IMG/VR virus record: IMGVR_UViG_3300037751_000502
Span: 1-33,445 of that record
Length of the DNA stretch: 33,445 nucleotides
Origin: a virus
Lineage: Duplodnaviria; Caudoviricetes
Reading direction: 5' to 3' (one strand)
Shown: piece after piece, positions 10,328 through 18,744 of the stretch
Numbering within the stretch: position 1 is the first letter of the stretch
How the letters are laid out: each line of letters begins with the position of its first letter
Notes under the pieces: model-generated
Seen by the model: the letters and a program-made list of their open reading frames with translations, nothing else
Told to the model about the DNA's origin: nothing
The model's database searches: none
Made by a program: the position numbers and the translations under genes

Positions 10328-10801
10328 TTACTGCGCGTTGAAAGATCCCGAAAATGGGAGGAACGTGAGCCACACCTGAGAATAGAAGGCGAGCCCGTCG
10401 ACCGATAGTTCCGACTCGGCCTGCTCACCACCGAAGCGCCACACCCGGCTGTTGACACCCTTGTAACCATTCACCTTGTTGCGCAGATCATCAAGAAGGT
10501 CAGTTGCCTGCTTCTTATTGTCGACCTGCCCAGCGTTCTTGTATTGCACCGCGACGATGATGAGGAACTGCGCCTCGACCATTGTCACGCTATGGCTACG
10601 GGACTCTACCGCAGTTCCCGCATTACTGATAGGCCGTGCACCCACATACCCCACCCCCGCTGCCGGGGGCCGCTGCATCTCGGTCACCACCTGTTCCATG
10701 TCCTCCAGACTTACTACGGAGAAACAATTGGTCGCAAAGGAGGGTACTTCCGATACCAGCCCCTGCAGCTCTTTGTCCAGTTGGTCAATCGTTGCTGCCA
10801 T
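10328..10801 (-). CDS. Putative tail terminator / tail completion protein
   Basis: 157 aa from ATG 10801 (GGAGG RBS), directly before the major tail gene; PPAAGVGY motif and mixed alpha/beta pattern. Confidence 0.65.
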   Translation of the reverse strand: MAATIDQLDKELQGLVSEVPSFATNCFSVVSLEDMEQVVTEMQRPPAAGVGYVGARPISNAGTAVESRSHSVTMVEAQFLIIVAVQYKNAGQVDNKKQATDLLDDLRNKVNGYKGVNSRVWRFGGEQAESELSVDGLAFYSQVWLTFLPFSGSFNAQ

Positions 10802-10802
10802 G

Positions 10803-11300
10803 TCATCCTCCAATCGTGCTACGCAGGATGATCGCGCGGAGCGCCGAATCTACTGCCTTGCGGTCTAGCTCCCCTACGCCTAGGAACCGGCGCGGTTGGA
10901 TCATGCGCTTGGCTCTCACGTGGTAGAAGCCGTTATTCATGAGTCGCCCGTACTCCGCTGCTTCCGGGTCCGATACCCCGATACGGAACCCCGCCCCGGT
11001 CGCCGATGCGAACAGGCCCGCATGCGTACCCTGAATAACCTTGATTGCGTCGTACAGCGTACCGGTGCGCTTCAGGGGGTTCTGGTGCTTGCTAGAGCTT
11101 TTGCGCCGCTTGGTGGCGGGCTCCAGAGGAGGCCACTTGACCCCGTCCGCATCGACACCGCGATTGAAGCGAGCCTTGACCCGCTTCAACAGCAGTTTTT
11201 CCAGCATGCCGGAAGTCAAGGCGACATTAGTAGCCGCCTGAATGGACGCGATACGTCGCCGTACCCGTGAGGCTCCACGGACGAAGCGGGTATCAGTCAT
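10803..11300 (-). CDS. Virion morphogenesis / neck protein (Mu gpG, P2 gpS-like)
   Basis: DADGVKWPPLEPAT...PLKRTGTL...EYGRLMNNG...IQPRRFLG motifs. Confidence 0.85.
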   Translation of the reverse strand: MTDTRFVRGASRVRRRIASIQAATNVALTSGMLEKLLLKRVKARFNRGVDADGVKWPPLEPATKRRKSSSKHQNPLKRTGTLYDAIKVIQGTHAGLFASATGAGFRIGVSDPEAAEYGRLMNNGFYHVRAKRMIQPRRFLGVGELDRKAVDSALRAIILRSTIGG

Positions 11301-11943
11301 GGATCACCGTGCGGATAGGGAATGTCATGCCGTAGCGTTCCCGAAGCTCGGGATGGACCAAGGCCGTGATCCGGTCCTTCAGTCCTACCGTGATGTCCTT
11401 CACCGCAGTGATCTTCTTGGACGAGACATGTGCCGGGTTCAAGTTGATGTAGTGCTGTGCCGCAGACTTCCCGGCCTGCACCAACCAATCGGGGGCGTCT
11501 GCGATGACCTTGTCGGTACCCCTGGCCGGGAACCCGGCACTGAACGTAATAGACAACGTGTGTGCGCCGACCGGAACGTCCCTGAGCACGGTCACAGTAC
11601 CTTTGCGGTGATCGACAATGTAGTCGGCCACCGCGACGACCAGCCCGTCATCCTTCGTGCGCAGTGGCAGCGAGCTTTCCGCCTCGCGAACGACAAACGA
11701 CATGGAGGTATCCACAAAACGACTGGACAGGTAGAACATGCGGGGACTGAACCGGGTACGCATCCGGGAATACTCGTAATCGAAGAAGTCCGTGTAGGTA
11801 CCCTCTTCCAGCCTCGTCTCCAGCGCCGCCTCCACAATGCGGGAGGTAATGTCCAGCGCCGCCGCCGCATTCCCCAGCGAGCCCGTGTTGCTGATAATGC
11901 CGAGCAGGTCAAGTACCTGTTGGGGTGTGGCGAGCTTCATCAT
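11293..11943 (-). CDS. Putative head-tail adaptor
   Basis: 216 aa in the neck position; KLATPQQV...SRIVEAALET...ITFSAGF...APDWLVQA pattern typical of adaptors. Confidence 0.7.
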   Translation of the reverse strand: MMKLATPQQVLDLLGIISNTGSLGNAAAALDITSRIVEAALETRLEEGTYTDFFDYEYSRMRTRFSPRMFYLSSRFVDTSMSFVVREAESSLPLRTKDDGLVVAVADYIVDHRKGTVTVLRDVPVGAHTLSITFSAGFPARGTDKVIADAPDWLVQAGKSAAQHYINLNPAHVSSKKITAVKDITVGLKDRITALVHPELRERYGMTFPIRTVIHD

Positions 11944-11964
11944 TACCTCCCGAAAACGTGGCGA

Positions 11965-12279
11965 TTACTTTGAGGCGCGACTGCGACGGGGGGCGGCCGG
12001 TGCCTTGGGCGCTTCGTCGATCGGGGAGGCGTCCGGCACGTCCTCTTCCTCTTCGATCTGCTCGGGGTCGGCTTCCACATCGGCCGGCAGAAGATGGGCG
12101 GGCACTTGCTTGAAATACTTGCGTGGGTTGTCCTTCAGGTCGGTGAAGCCCTGCTTCTTCACGTCTTCCGCGACGAGGTCGTCTTCAATCACGACGGTGT
12201 TGCCGAGGTACACCGGCTCGCCCTTGTTGATACGGGCGTCGATATAGGTTTTGCCATTCACCATTTTAAGCGTTTGCAT
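11965..12279 (-). CDS. Hypothetical protein with acidic, Pro-rich C-terminus (104 aa)
   Basis: ATG 12279 with GGAG RBS right after a palindrome; MQTLKMVNG...APRRSRASK. Confidence 0.7.
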   Translation of the reverse strand: MQTLKMVNGKTYIDARINKGEPVYLGNTVVIEDDLVAEDVKKQGFTDLKDNPRKYFKQVPAHLLPADVEADPEQIEEEEDVPDASPIDEAPKAPAAPRRSRASK

Positions 12280-12294
12280 GTCCACCACTCCTGT

Positions 12295-12308
12295 TGAAAT
12301 CGATTTCA
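12295..12308. promoter_or_regulatory. Perfect palindrome TGAAATCGATTTCA (copy 1)
   Basis: Intergenic, 15 nt upstream of ATG 12279. Confidence 0.85.
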
Positions 12309-12321
12309 AACTTAACGAAAT

Positions 12322-12347
12322 GGGCGGCCCCCGTCAGGAGACCGCCC
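12322..12347 (-). terminator. GC-rich hairpin after the putative decoration gene
   Basis: GGGCGGTCTCC-TGAC-GGGGGCCGCCC followed by ATTTCGTT; weak U tail. Confidence 0.5.
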
Positions 12348-12361
12348 GATACTGCTACTGC

Positions 12362-13003
12362 TTAGGTATTCTTGTTGAACCAGAACAGCACGATCTGGTC
12401 GGTGGCGCCGGTGGACTTGATGCCGCCCGTTGCGGTGCCGCCAAGCAGAGTTGCCGCCGACGCAGTGATGTTGGTGTCACCGACCAGCGTGTAGGCATTC
12501 GGGCCGGTGCCCTCCGCCGTCGCCAGAACCGTCACCACACCCGCCGCCGAGGTCGCCGTCACGGTGTTGCCGTAGTTGGCTTCCCGTGCGTTGATCGCGG
12601 CCGCCAGCGAAGCTGCCGCTGCGGTGTCACTGGTGTCGATCGAGAACTCAAGGAAGTTCGCCGGGACTCCGGCCACACCCGTGTAGGTGATGCCGTTGAC
12701 TTCGACGGTCTCCGCCGCGACCGCACTGACCAGCGTGAGCGTACCGGCGGCCCGGCAATCCACCATGCTGATCGTGGAGGTGATGTCAGTCAGCACCCCG
12801 CCGGTCGCGTTGTTGATGGCCTTGACGACAGTGTCTTCTTGGCGAATTGCCGCCAGATCGAACTTGGTGTTGGCGCTGCCGCCGGTCACCAGCGAAATGG
12901 TCAAGCCCTGAAGTTCCTTGGCGATTGCGAAGATGCCACCCGCGTCCTGCCCTTGCGTGCCGGCCCCGCCTTTGCCCAGATCGGAAATTACTTGAAGCGT
13001 CAT
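12362..13003 (-). CDS. Putative capsid decoration or head-associated structural protein
   Basis: 213 aa, Ala/Thr/Gly-rich beta pattern; first structural gene after the capsid gene once the HNH is skipped. Confidence 0.6.
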   Translation of the reverse strand: MTLQVISDLGKGGAGTQGQDAGGIFAIAKELQGLTISLVTGGSANTKFDLAAIRQEDTVVKAINNATGGVLTDITSTISMVDCRAAGTLTLVSAVAAETVEVNGITYTGVAGVPANFLEFSIDTSDTAAAASLAAAINAREANYGNTVTATSAAGVVTVLATAEGTGPNAYTLVGDTNITASAATLLGGTATGGIKSTGATDQIVLFWFNKNT

Positions 13004-13012
13004 ATCCTGCCC

Positions 13013-13495
13013 CTATCGATTCTGATTCGTTACGTAGTTCAGTATGTTGCTGACCGTGCCAGAACTAACGCCATACTTCTCTGCGAGTTGCCGCATAGTA
13101 TGGGTCGTACCGTCGATCCGCAACTGCCGTAGTTGCTCATCCGTCAGTTTACTCTTTGCTCCGGTGCCCGGATGGGGTCCGCTTCTGCTTCGCCTACCTT
13201 TAGCAAGCATGTCTGCAATATTGTCCGCCTGTGTCCCCAAAAACAGATGATCTGGGCGGACACACTGAGGGTTATCACATGTGTGCAGAACCTTTAACCC
13301 TTCAGGTACGGGACCGTTGTGGATCTCCCACGAAACACGATGGGCATATAGCGTCCCTTCCCCGCGCCGCCCAGCGCCAATAAGACCGTATCGCTTACTG
13401 CCATCGCGCCCTCTAGTACGGTTTGCCGTCCACAGCCAGCAACTGCCTGTACGCGAAACCTTAGGCCAAAACCGTTGCTCTAGCGAGCCGTGCAT
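13013..13495 (-). CDS. Free-standing HNH homing endonuclease with C-terminal HTH
   Basis: CWLWT...YAHRVSWEIHNG...VLHTCDNPQCVRPDHLFLGTQADNIADM...RQLAEKYGVSSGTVSNI. Confidence 0.93.
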   Translation of the reverse strand: MHGSLEQRFWPKVSRTGSCWLWTANRTRGRDGSKRYGLIGAGRRGEGTLYAHRVSWEIHNGPVPEGLKVLHTCDNPQCVRPDHLFLGTQADNIADMLAKGRRSRSGPHPGTGAKSKLTDEQLRQLRIDGTTHTMRQLAEKYGVSSGTVSNILNYVTNQNR

Positions 13496-13549
13496 AGCAT
13501 GCCCCTCCGTGAAAAAGCACTACCCTATCACTTTGGTGCATGCTACACA
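13491..13549 (-). promoter_or_regulatory. mRNA hairpin covering the start codon and SD of the HNH gene
   Basis: UGUGUAGCAUGC (13549-13538) pairs with GCAUGCUAUGCA (13502-13491), which includes AUG 13495; inner GUGA/UCAC stem. Confidence 0.6.
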
Positions 13550-13558
13550 ACATCTGAA

Positions 13559-14512
13559 CTAGATATTAGTGAACTTGACCGCTGCGTCGCCGTCGTCGAT
13601 CTGGAACCCCAGACGGGCGGTCACGACAACGATGATTTCACGGGCACGGATTTCACGGACGCTCTCAACCTGAATGTCGCGGCGGATGCCGAAGATCAGG
13701 TTTTGCGGGAAGGTCATGAAGCCCACGTTACCGGTACCGGCAGCGGCCAGCATCGGCGCTGCTTCGACGGCCACGCCGCCCGCGAAGATCGGTGCAGCTT
13801 GTTGCAGCATCGTGTCGCCATAGCCGGTGGCACGTTGTGCAACCTTCTGGCGATAGCGGATGGTGTTGGCCACGGTAACAAAGTGACGCATCAGCGCGAG
13901 GTCGCGCAGATACTTCTGCGGCATCGCCAGCATGCCATTGACGAACATGTCGGGCGAGATACCGGCCGAAGCGTTGTTCACCACGTGAGCCGTCATGCGC
14001 TTGAGCCAGCCATCCTGCAGCAGCAGATCGGCGTCGCCGGATGCGGTATCGGACCACAGTGCCAGTTCTTCGAAGTCGACCGCAGCACGAGTCGCGATCT
14101 GACGCATCAGGTGGGCTTCGAAACCGCCGCGCTCGATATTGTCTTCCAGAACTTCGTAGGGGACATGGACTTCCGCCATGTATTCCTTGGTGGTGACGCT
14201 GATCTGCGCAGTCGTCGGCTTGGAACGCTTGGCGGCGGCGAGGTGGCGATCATTGGTGCCGTCGTCGTCTGCGAACGGCGAGGAACCCTGCGGCGCAGCG
14301 TGGAAGATCCGCGAGCCGAAGCCCATGCGGTCAATCTTGGTCTCCGGCTTGTTCATGCGGAGGTGGCGCGACTGCTTCAGAACGGTCGGCGTCTCCATGA
14401 TCATGTCGATGAAGGCGTCAGCCTGTTCCGGCTGGAGATACCCGCCATCGGTGGTCAGGTCGCTGATGGCAACGTCGGCGCGCTGGGCGAGTGCAACATT
14501 ACTGGTGGTCAT
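13559..14512 (-). CDS. Major capsid protein (HK97 fold, PBSX XkdG/T5-like)
   Basis: 317 aa; DGGYLQPEQADAFI...YEVLEDNIER...DGWLKR...PQNLIFGIRRDIQVE. Confidence 0.93.
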   Translation of the reverse strand: MTTSNVALAQRADVAISDLTTDGGYLQPEQADAFIDMIMETPTVLKQSRHLRMNKPETKIDRMGFGSRIFHAAPQGSSPFADDDGTNDRHLAAAKRSKPTTAQISVTTKEYMAEVHVPYEVLEDNIERGGFEAHLMRQIATRAAVDFEELALWSDTASGDADLLLQDGWLKRMTAHVVNNASAGISPDMFVNGMLAMPQKYLRDLALMRHFVTVANTIRYRQKVAQRATGYGDTMLQQAAPIFAGGVAVEAAPMLAAAGTGNVGFMTFPQNLIFGIRRDIQVESVREIRAREIIVVVTARLGFQIDDGDAAVKFTNI

Positions 14513-14528
14513 GTTTGGTTTCCTGTAG

Positions 14529-14542
14529 TGAAATCGATTTCA
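14529..14542. promoter_or_regulatory. Perfect palindrome TGAAATCGATTTCA (copy 2)
   Basis: Intergenic, 16 nt upstream of the capsid ATG. Confidence 0.85.
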
Positions 14543-14566
14543 AATCTGGTGAGAGTCGAATCAGTG

Positions 14567-14989
14567 TTACTTGACGCTGGGGAACATGCCCTTGAACACA
14601 TCCTTGCGGGTGACCGTTTGCGGAGCGTCTCCAGCGTCGGAGCGCAGCACGGTGGCCCCTTCGATCTTGCCGAGACGGCTATCCACACCCTCGGCCATAC
14701 CGGCAACGGTCTTGGCCAGTGCCTCCAGCGAGCGGGTCACGTTCTCCAGATGGGTCGCTTCGGCCGAGACAGCGGCGGCAGCGGGGGCTGCCTCGACCGG
14801 CGCGGCTTCGGCGGCTGCCGGGGCGGCGCTGTCGGTGCGCTGGACAGTAGCCATGGCGGCCTTGACGGCTTCGGCCACGACAGCAACCAGCTCGGCACGG
14901 GTCACATGCTCAACGGTCGGGGTGGTGGGTGCTGCGACGGCTGCAGCGGCGTCGCTGCGTTGAACTTCATCTTGCTTCTTGTCAGTCAC
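14567..14989 (-). CDS. Nested in-frame scaffold protein from an internal start (140 aa)
   Basis: AAGGAG-N6-GTG at 14989, in frame (VTDKKQDEVQRSD...); analogous to lambda C/Nu3. Confidence 0.55.
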   Translation of the reverse strand: MTDKKQDEVQRSDAAAAVAAPTTPTVEHVTRAELVAVVAEAVKAAMATVQRTDSAAPAAAEAAPVEAAPAAAAVSAEATHLENVTRSLEALAKTVAGMAEGVDSRLGKIEGATVLRSDAGDAPQTVTRKDVFKGMFPSVK

Positions 14990-15964
14990 TTGACTCTCCT
15001 TGGATTCATGAATGGACCGATTGGCCAGAACTACCTTGGCCGGCAGGGCGTCCAGAAGGCTACCCATATATGTTGCATACTGCGTTGCGGCACGACTTAC
15101 CAGTTCCTTGCGTACCGACACCGGCAACGGGCTGTAGAACAGAATCTGGTCTGCTACCCGTCTCAGTGTGTAGCCTGCTTCCTCCGCCGCGTTGCAGAAC
15201 TCCTTGTCTGCCATGCACGATGCGAAGTCCAGTTGCCCCCACCCCCACGAACCGTAGGAAGTCTCCGATACCACTTCGATAAACGCGGAAGGTACATCCG
15301 CCAAGTCTGCGCGGGCGATGACAAACGTCACACCGTCCTCGACTTGAATTTCCCTTGTTTCCTCACCATCCGGACCGCCAGTTCGGCAGACCAGTGTTGC
15401 AGTGGGCCCATTCTTCACACCATCCGGCAGAAAGTCAATATCATGACGCTCGATCCACGCCATAACGTCACTCTCTTCCGAATACTGTTCCTTGTCGAAG
15501 CGCACCGCCACGACGGACAGGTTACCCTTCTCGCCAGCCACCAGCACGGGGTCGGCACGCTCGATGGAGGCGAACACACCGTTGCCGATACCGATATTGG
15601 TGACGTTGGCGGGCACCGCTTCGAGGTCGCTACGCAGTGCCACGACACTGTCGCCGGCACGGGTCAGGGTATACCCCGTCAGGCCGAACTCGTCCATGGT
15701 CTTCTTGGCATCATCTTCTGTGGTGCCGGCCGGGAACATCACGGATACCATGGGGCCCATACTGCGCTGCGCTCGCACCCGCCGAACACGGATGTCTGCG
15801 GTCTTCTCCGTCATATTCTGCTCCTTATTGTCTTCCCGAATGATTTTGAAACCTACCTGATTCGCTGGCTTGTCGGTCAGTGTCAAGAAAGCAGGTTCGA
15901 CGAGTGTAGTCACGTTCACCTTCTTCTGTACAGCCGCCGCGCCGGTGTCGCTACGCTTGGTCAT
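14567..15964 (-). CDS. Capsid scaffolding protein carrying an N-terminal protease-strand motif
   Basis: 465 aa between protease and capsid genes; N-terminal VEPAFLTLTDKPANQVGF; Ala/Glu-rich coiled C-terminus ending DVFKGMF; ATGA overlap with the protease gene. Confidence 0.75.
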   Translation of the reverse strand: MTKRSDTGAAAVQKKVNVTTLVEPAFLTLTDKPANQVGFKIIREDNKEQNMTEKTADIRVRRVRAQRSMGPMVSVMFPAGTTEDDAKKTMDEFGLTGYTLTRAGDSVVALRSDLEAVPANVTNIGIGNGVFASIERADPVLVAGEKGNLSVVAVRFDKEQYSEESDVMAWIERHDIDFLPDGVKNGPTATLVCRTGGPDGEETREIQVEDGVTFVIARADLADVPSAFIEVVSETSYGSWGWGQLDFASCMADKEFCNAAEEAGYTLRRVADQILFYSPLPVSVRKELVSRAATQYATYMGSLLDALPAKVVLANRSIHESKESQVTDKKQDEVQRSDAAAAVAAPTTPTVEHVTRAELVAVVAEAVKAAMATVQRTDSAAPAAAEAAPVEAAPAAAAVSAEATHLENVTRSLEALAKTVAGMAEGVDSRLGKIEGATVLRSDAGDAPQTVTRKDVFKGMFPSVK

Positions 15965-16560
15965 ATTCCGCCCGCCCCTTTTACAATATTGAATCTGTGG
16001 AAGTGCCCGGCCGATTCGTCGGTCACCGTGGTCCTGCTGATGATGTGGCTGTGGCCGTTTGCTGTGGAGGTCCCGCCACTGACTGTCCGCCCCACCTCGT
16101 CGACGATCACCAGAAACTCATGGGTATGTCCGTCATCAAGATCGGCTTCCGTAACGCCCGCCCGGACTCCACTCTCCTCATAGGTGAAGATGGCGGGGAG
16201 GAACGACACCAGTGCCTCGTAAGAGTATCCATTGATTTCCCCGGACAGGATACCCTCCCACACAACATCGTCGTGGATACGCATGGCGGCGACCCATGAG
16301 CCCTCTATGAACGTCGGATCACCGGCCCGGGCGATGAAGGACTCCACGACATGCACGCCACCCGTGCGATCCACCTTGTCATGCTCCAGATCGATACCGT
16401 AGCCACGCTCTGCGAAGGCATAGGCAGCCTCCCGGATCTTGCCGGCGGTCCAGTAGTCCCCGAACGTATTGGGTACATCCGGCACTAGGACTTCGGCAAA
16501 CACGACACGCTCGAACTCTCGATCACTGCGGAGGTGTAGCCGCACTTCTGGACCCGACAT
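15961..16560 (-). CDS. Prohead protease (XkdF-like) with His-repeat tail
   Basis: ERVVFAEVLVPD...GD...IREAAYAF...IDLEHD...VVESFIA...GSWV...WEGILSGEINGYSYEA; AAGGAG RBS. Confidence 0.88.
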   Translation of the reverse strand: MSGPEVRLHLRSDREFERVVFAEVLVPDVPNTFGDYWTAGKIREAAYAFAERGYGIDLEHDKVDRTGGVHVVESFIARAGDPTFIEGSWVAAMRIHDDVVWEGILSGEINGYSYEALVSFLPAIFTYEESGVRAGVTEADLDDGHTHEFLVIVDEVGRTVSGGTSTANGHSHIISRTTVTDESAGHFHRFNIVKGAGGI

Positions 16561-16574
16561 CACCGTCTCCTTGG

Positions 16575-17120
16575 TTACTGCTGTGCGTGGATCTTGACCG
16601 CGCCCGTTCCGGACGAGCGCCGGGTACGAACGAAGTTATACCCTGCAGCAACAGGTACTAGCGTGCCGTTATCCGCGTTGGTCAAGCTCGCCCCTACCTG
16701 CTTCCAGCCAAGCGATCTACGGATACATGCCTCGACCAGCACAGTGGTGGCCGCCGCAATCGACTCGACGAATAGCACGGCCGGATGGTTCATGCAGAGC
16801 GATTGGGTAACGGCAGACGCGGTAATGTCTCCAGTCGCCGGGGTTGCCGGGGTACCAGACACTGCGAAGGTGTAGGTATCCGCATCCACAACGGTGATGG
16901 TCTGGTCCCCGTTGTACTCTGCCTCCCCGGCCCCGGCCCCGGCGATAGCGACCACGATACCAGACGGGTAGCCGTGCGCCGTCTGGGTTGCAGTGGCGGT
17001 ACTCCCCGTACGGGTGATGGACTGTACCCCTCCGACTTGACATACCGGCGGCTCGGCAGCCGTGTCATGCACTGCGCGGACTTGATTCTTTTCCTGTTCG
17101 GCTACAAAAATCGTGGTCAT
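16575..17120 (-). CDS. Putative accessory structural protein with a beta-rich 'TAHG...YNG...ITVVD..TYTF' module
   Basis: 181 aa, GGAG RBS; the module is common in phage virion proteins and is often annotated as FCCH-like. Confidence 0.6.
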   Translation of the reverse strand: MTTIFVAEQEKNQVRAVHDTAAEPPVCQVGGVQSITRTGSTATATQTAHGYPSGIVVAIAGAGAGEAEYNGDQTITVVDADTYTFAVSGTPATPATGDITASAVTQSLCMNHPAVLFVESIAAATTVLVEACIRRSLGWKQVGASLTNADNGTLVPVAAGYNFVRTRRSSGTGAVKIHAQQ

Positions 17121-17136
17121 ACTCCACTCCCTGATT

Positions 17137-17150
17137 TGAAATCGATTTCA
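17137..17150. promoter_or_regulatory. Perfect palindrome TGAAATCGATTTCA (copy 3)
   Basis: Intergenic between the portal stop and the RBS of the next gene, 16 nt from the ATG. Confidence 0.85.
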
Positions 17151-17160
17151 ACGTCCGTGT

Positions 17161-18744
17161 TTACTCTTGACCGTGCTCAGGAGCCGTCGTACTGATGTCC
17201 CCTTCCGCCTCAACATCCTTGGTCCCTTGATCCTTGACGGACTGTTCTACTTGGCTGTTATCACTGTTTGCGTTCTTGATGGAAAACGCGATAGGACGAT
17301 CCATCCACGGCTCCCAGCCTTCTGTACCACGCTCGGGGTACTGGGGCATGGCGGCTTGCAGCACGCTGTTGGCGGCACCAATCGCGGTACGAGGAGTCAC
17401 GCCGCCCATGACGTTCAGGGCAGTCAGCGCCTTGATCAGCATTTCCGGGTTGGTGATCGCAGGCACCCTGCTCTTGAGCATGACTGTCTTGATCCCCAGT
17501 CCTTTGGGGTGATGCACTAGACCTTTGTTGTACCTTTCGTCGTAGATTTTCCGCTGCGGTGCAAAGACTTGCGTCTCCGCGACGAACGCACTGACGTTGG
17601 CTGTGGCGTAGGTGGCGTCCTGTGACGCCCCGACCGATACGCCCGGCAGACGGAAGGCAGAACGCGCCTTGTTGCGGTTGGATTCGTCGTACGCGGTGAA
17701 CAGGCCATCGCTCTGCCGGGTGTCCGCCAGCTTATGGACATCCAGACGGATCGGGGTGCCCTTGTCGTCGATCCCACTGCTTTCGGGGACGGCCTCCACC
17801 AGCATGATCTGGTGCTGACGATCCTTGCCCACCCCTTGTTGCTGCAGCATCTTCTGCAGCTCGCGATACGAGGTCGCCGTCAGCCGTCCGCCCGACACGG
17901 TCAGCATCATCGGGGGCACCGTGTTGTCCTCGAAGTACCGTAGATTGACTTCCTCGGCCTCCCGGCTGCCCAAGATCGAGGGCAGTTGGGCAATCCACCT
18001 CGGCACACCATACGGGTCTTCGGAATCCTGCCGGAAATGCATCAGCTCGGTCGCTTCCTTGTCCTTGGGCACATTGCCTTCGGTATGGAACTCCCCGGTC
18101 TCGCAGTTCAGCCGGCGCGGGTCGCCGAACTCCTTGAAATACACGGTCTTGCCAGACACGATCTGGACGAAGCGGCGAAAACGCCGATACTCCGTCACGT
18201 AGGAGGTTCGTGGCCCCCTGCGGATATCGTAGACGACCTTTATGGGGTCTTTGTGGCGTGGCATCAAGCGGGTAATGCTGGATTTGGCGTGCCGCAGAAC
18301 GGAGACGGAGCCGGTGGTGTCCCGGATGACTTCCAGAAACCCGTAGCCAACGCCTTCGTTTTCACGAACGACCTTGCTATTGACAGTGGTCAGGGATTCT
18401 TCGGAGTTTGCCGAGTCGATAAATGACTGCAGAATCTCCCGTTCATTCTCATCAACCGGGATGTCCTTATGCACCGGCACCACATCCCACCCGCACATGG
18501 CGATATTGGTCACCATTGCATCGATACACGGACCCAGCATGTTGGACCGTTCGATGATGTTCAGCAACTTGGTGGGGGAGTACGGCGGGGCTAGGAAGAA
18601 AGTCGAAATGGCGGACGCCTGAAACTCGTCCTCCACAGTCATCTGTCGGCTGGTATCCGCCCGCTCGACGGGCACACCAAAGGATGCGACCCTTGCGGTT
18701 ACTTGCGGGTCCGTAGTGCGTACGCGTCGGATACGTGTCGTCAT
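17161..18744 (-). CDS. Portal protein (PBSX/XkdE-like)
   Basis: 527 aa; APPYSPTKL...GYGFLEVIRD...YFKEFGDPR...ELMHFR...YGVPRW...NLRYFEDNTVP...SAFRLP. Confidence 0.93.
   Translation of the reverse strand: MTTRIRRVRTTDPQVTARVASFGVPVERADTSRQMTVEDEFQASAISTFFLAPPYSPTKLLNIIERSNMLGPCIDAMVTNIAMCGWDVVPVHKDIPVDENEREILQSFIDSANSEESLTTVNSKVVRENEGVGYGFLEVIRDTTGSVSVLRHAKSSITRLMPRHKDPIKVVYDIRRGPRTSYVTEYRRFRRFVQIVSGKTVYFKEFGDPRRLNCETGEFHTEGNVPKDKEATELMHFRQDSEDPYGVPRWIAQLPSILGSREAEEVNLRYFEDNTVPPMMLTVSGGRLTATSYRELQKMLQQQGVGKDRQHQIMLVEAVPESSGIDDKGTPIRLDVHKLADTRQSDGLFTAYDESNRNKARSAFRLPGVSVGASQDATYATANVSAFVAETQVFAPQRKIYDERYNKGLVHHPKGLGIKTVMLKSRVPAITNPEMLIKALTALNVMGGVTPRTAIGAANSVLQAAMPQYPERGTEGWEPWMDRPIAFSIKNANSDNSQVEQSVKDQGTKDVEAEGDISTTAPEHGQE

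Noticed and set aside
13013-13558. Group I intron carrying the HNH gene
   Set aside because: Both flanking genes look complete and there is no room for a ribozyme core (63-nt and 9-nt gaps).
13490-16183. 897-aa plus-strand ORF and other long plus-strand ORFs (2131-2997, 3647-4672, 8431-9234, 12251-13132)
   Set aside because: They are antisense shadows of GC3-rich minus-strand genes, with no recognisable motifs and complete overlap with well-supported genes.
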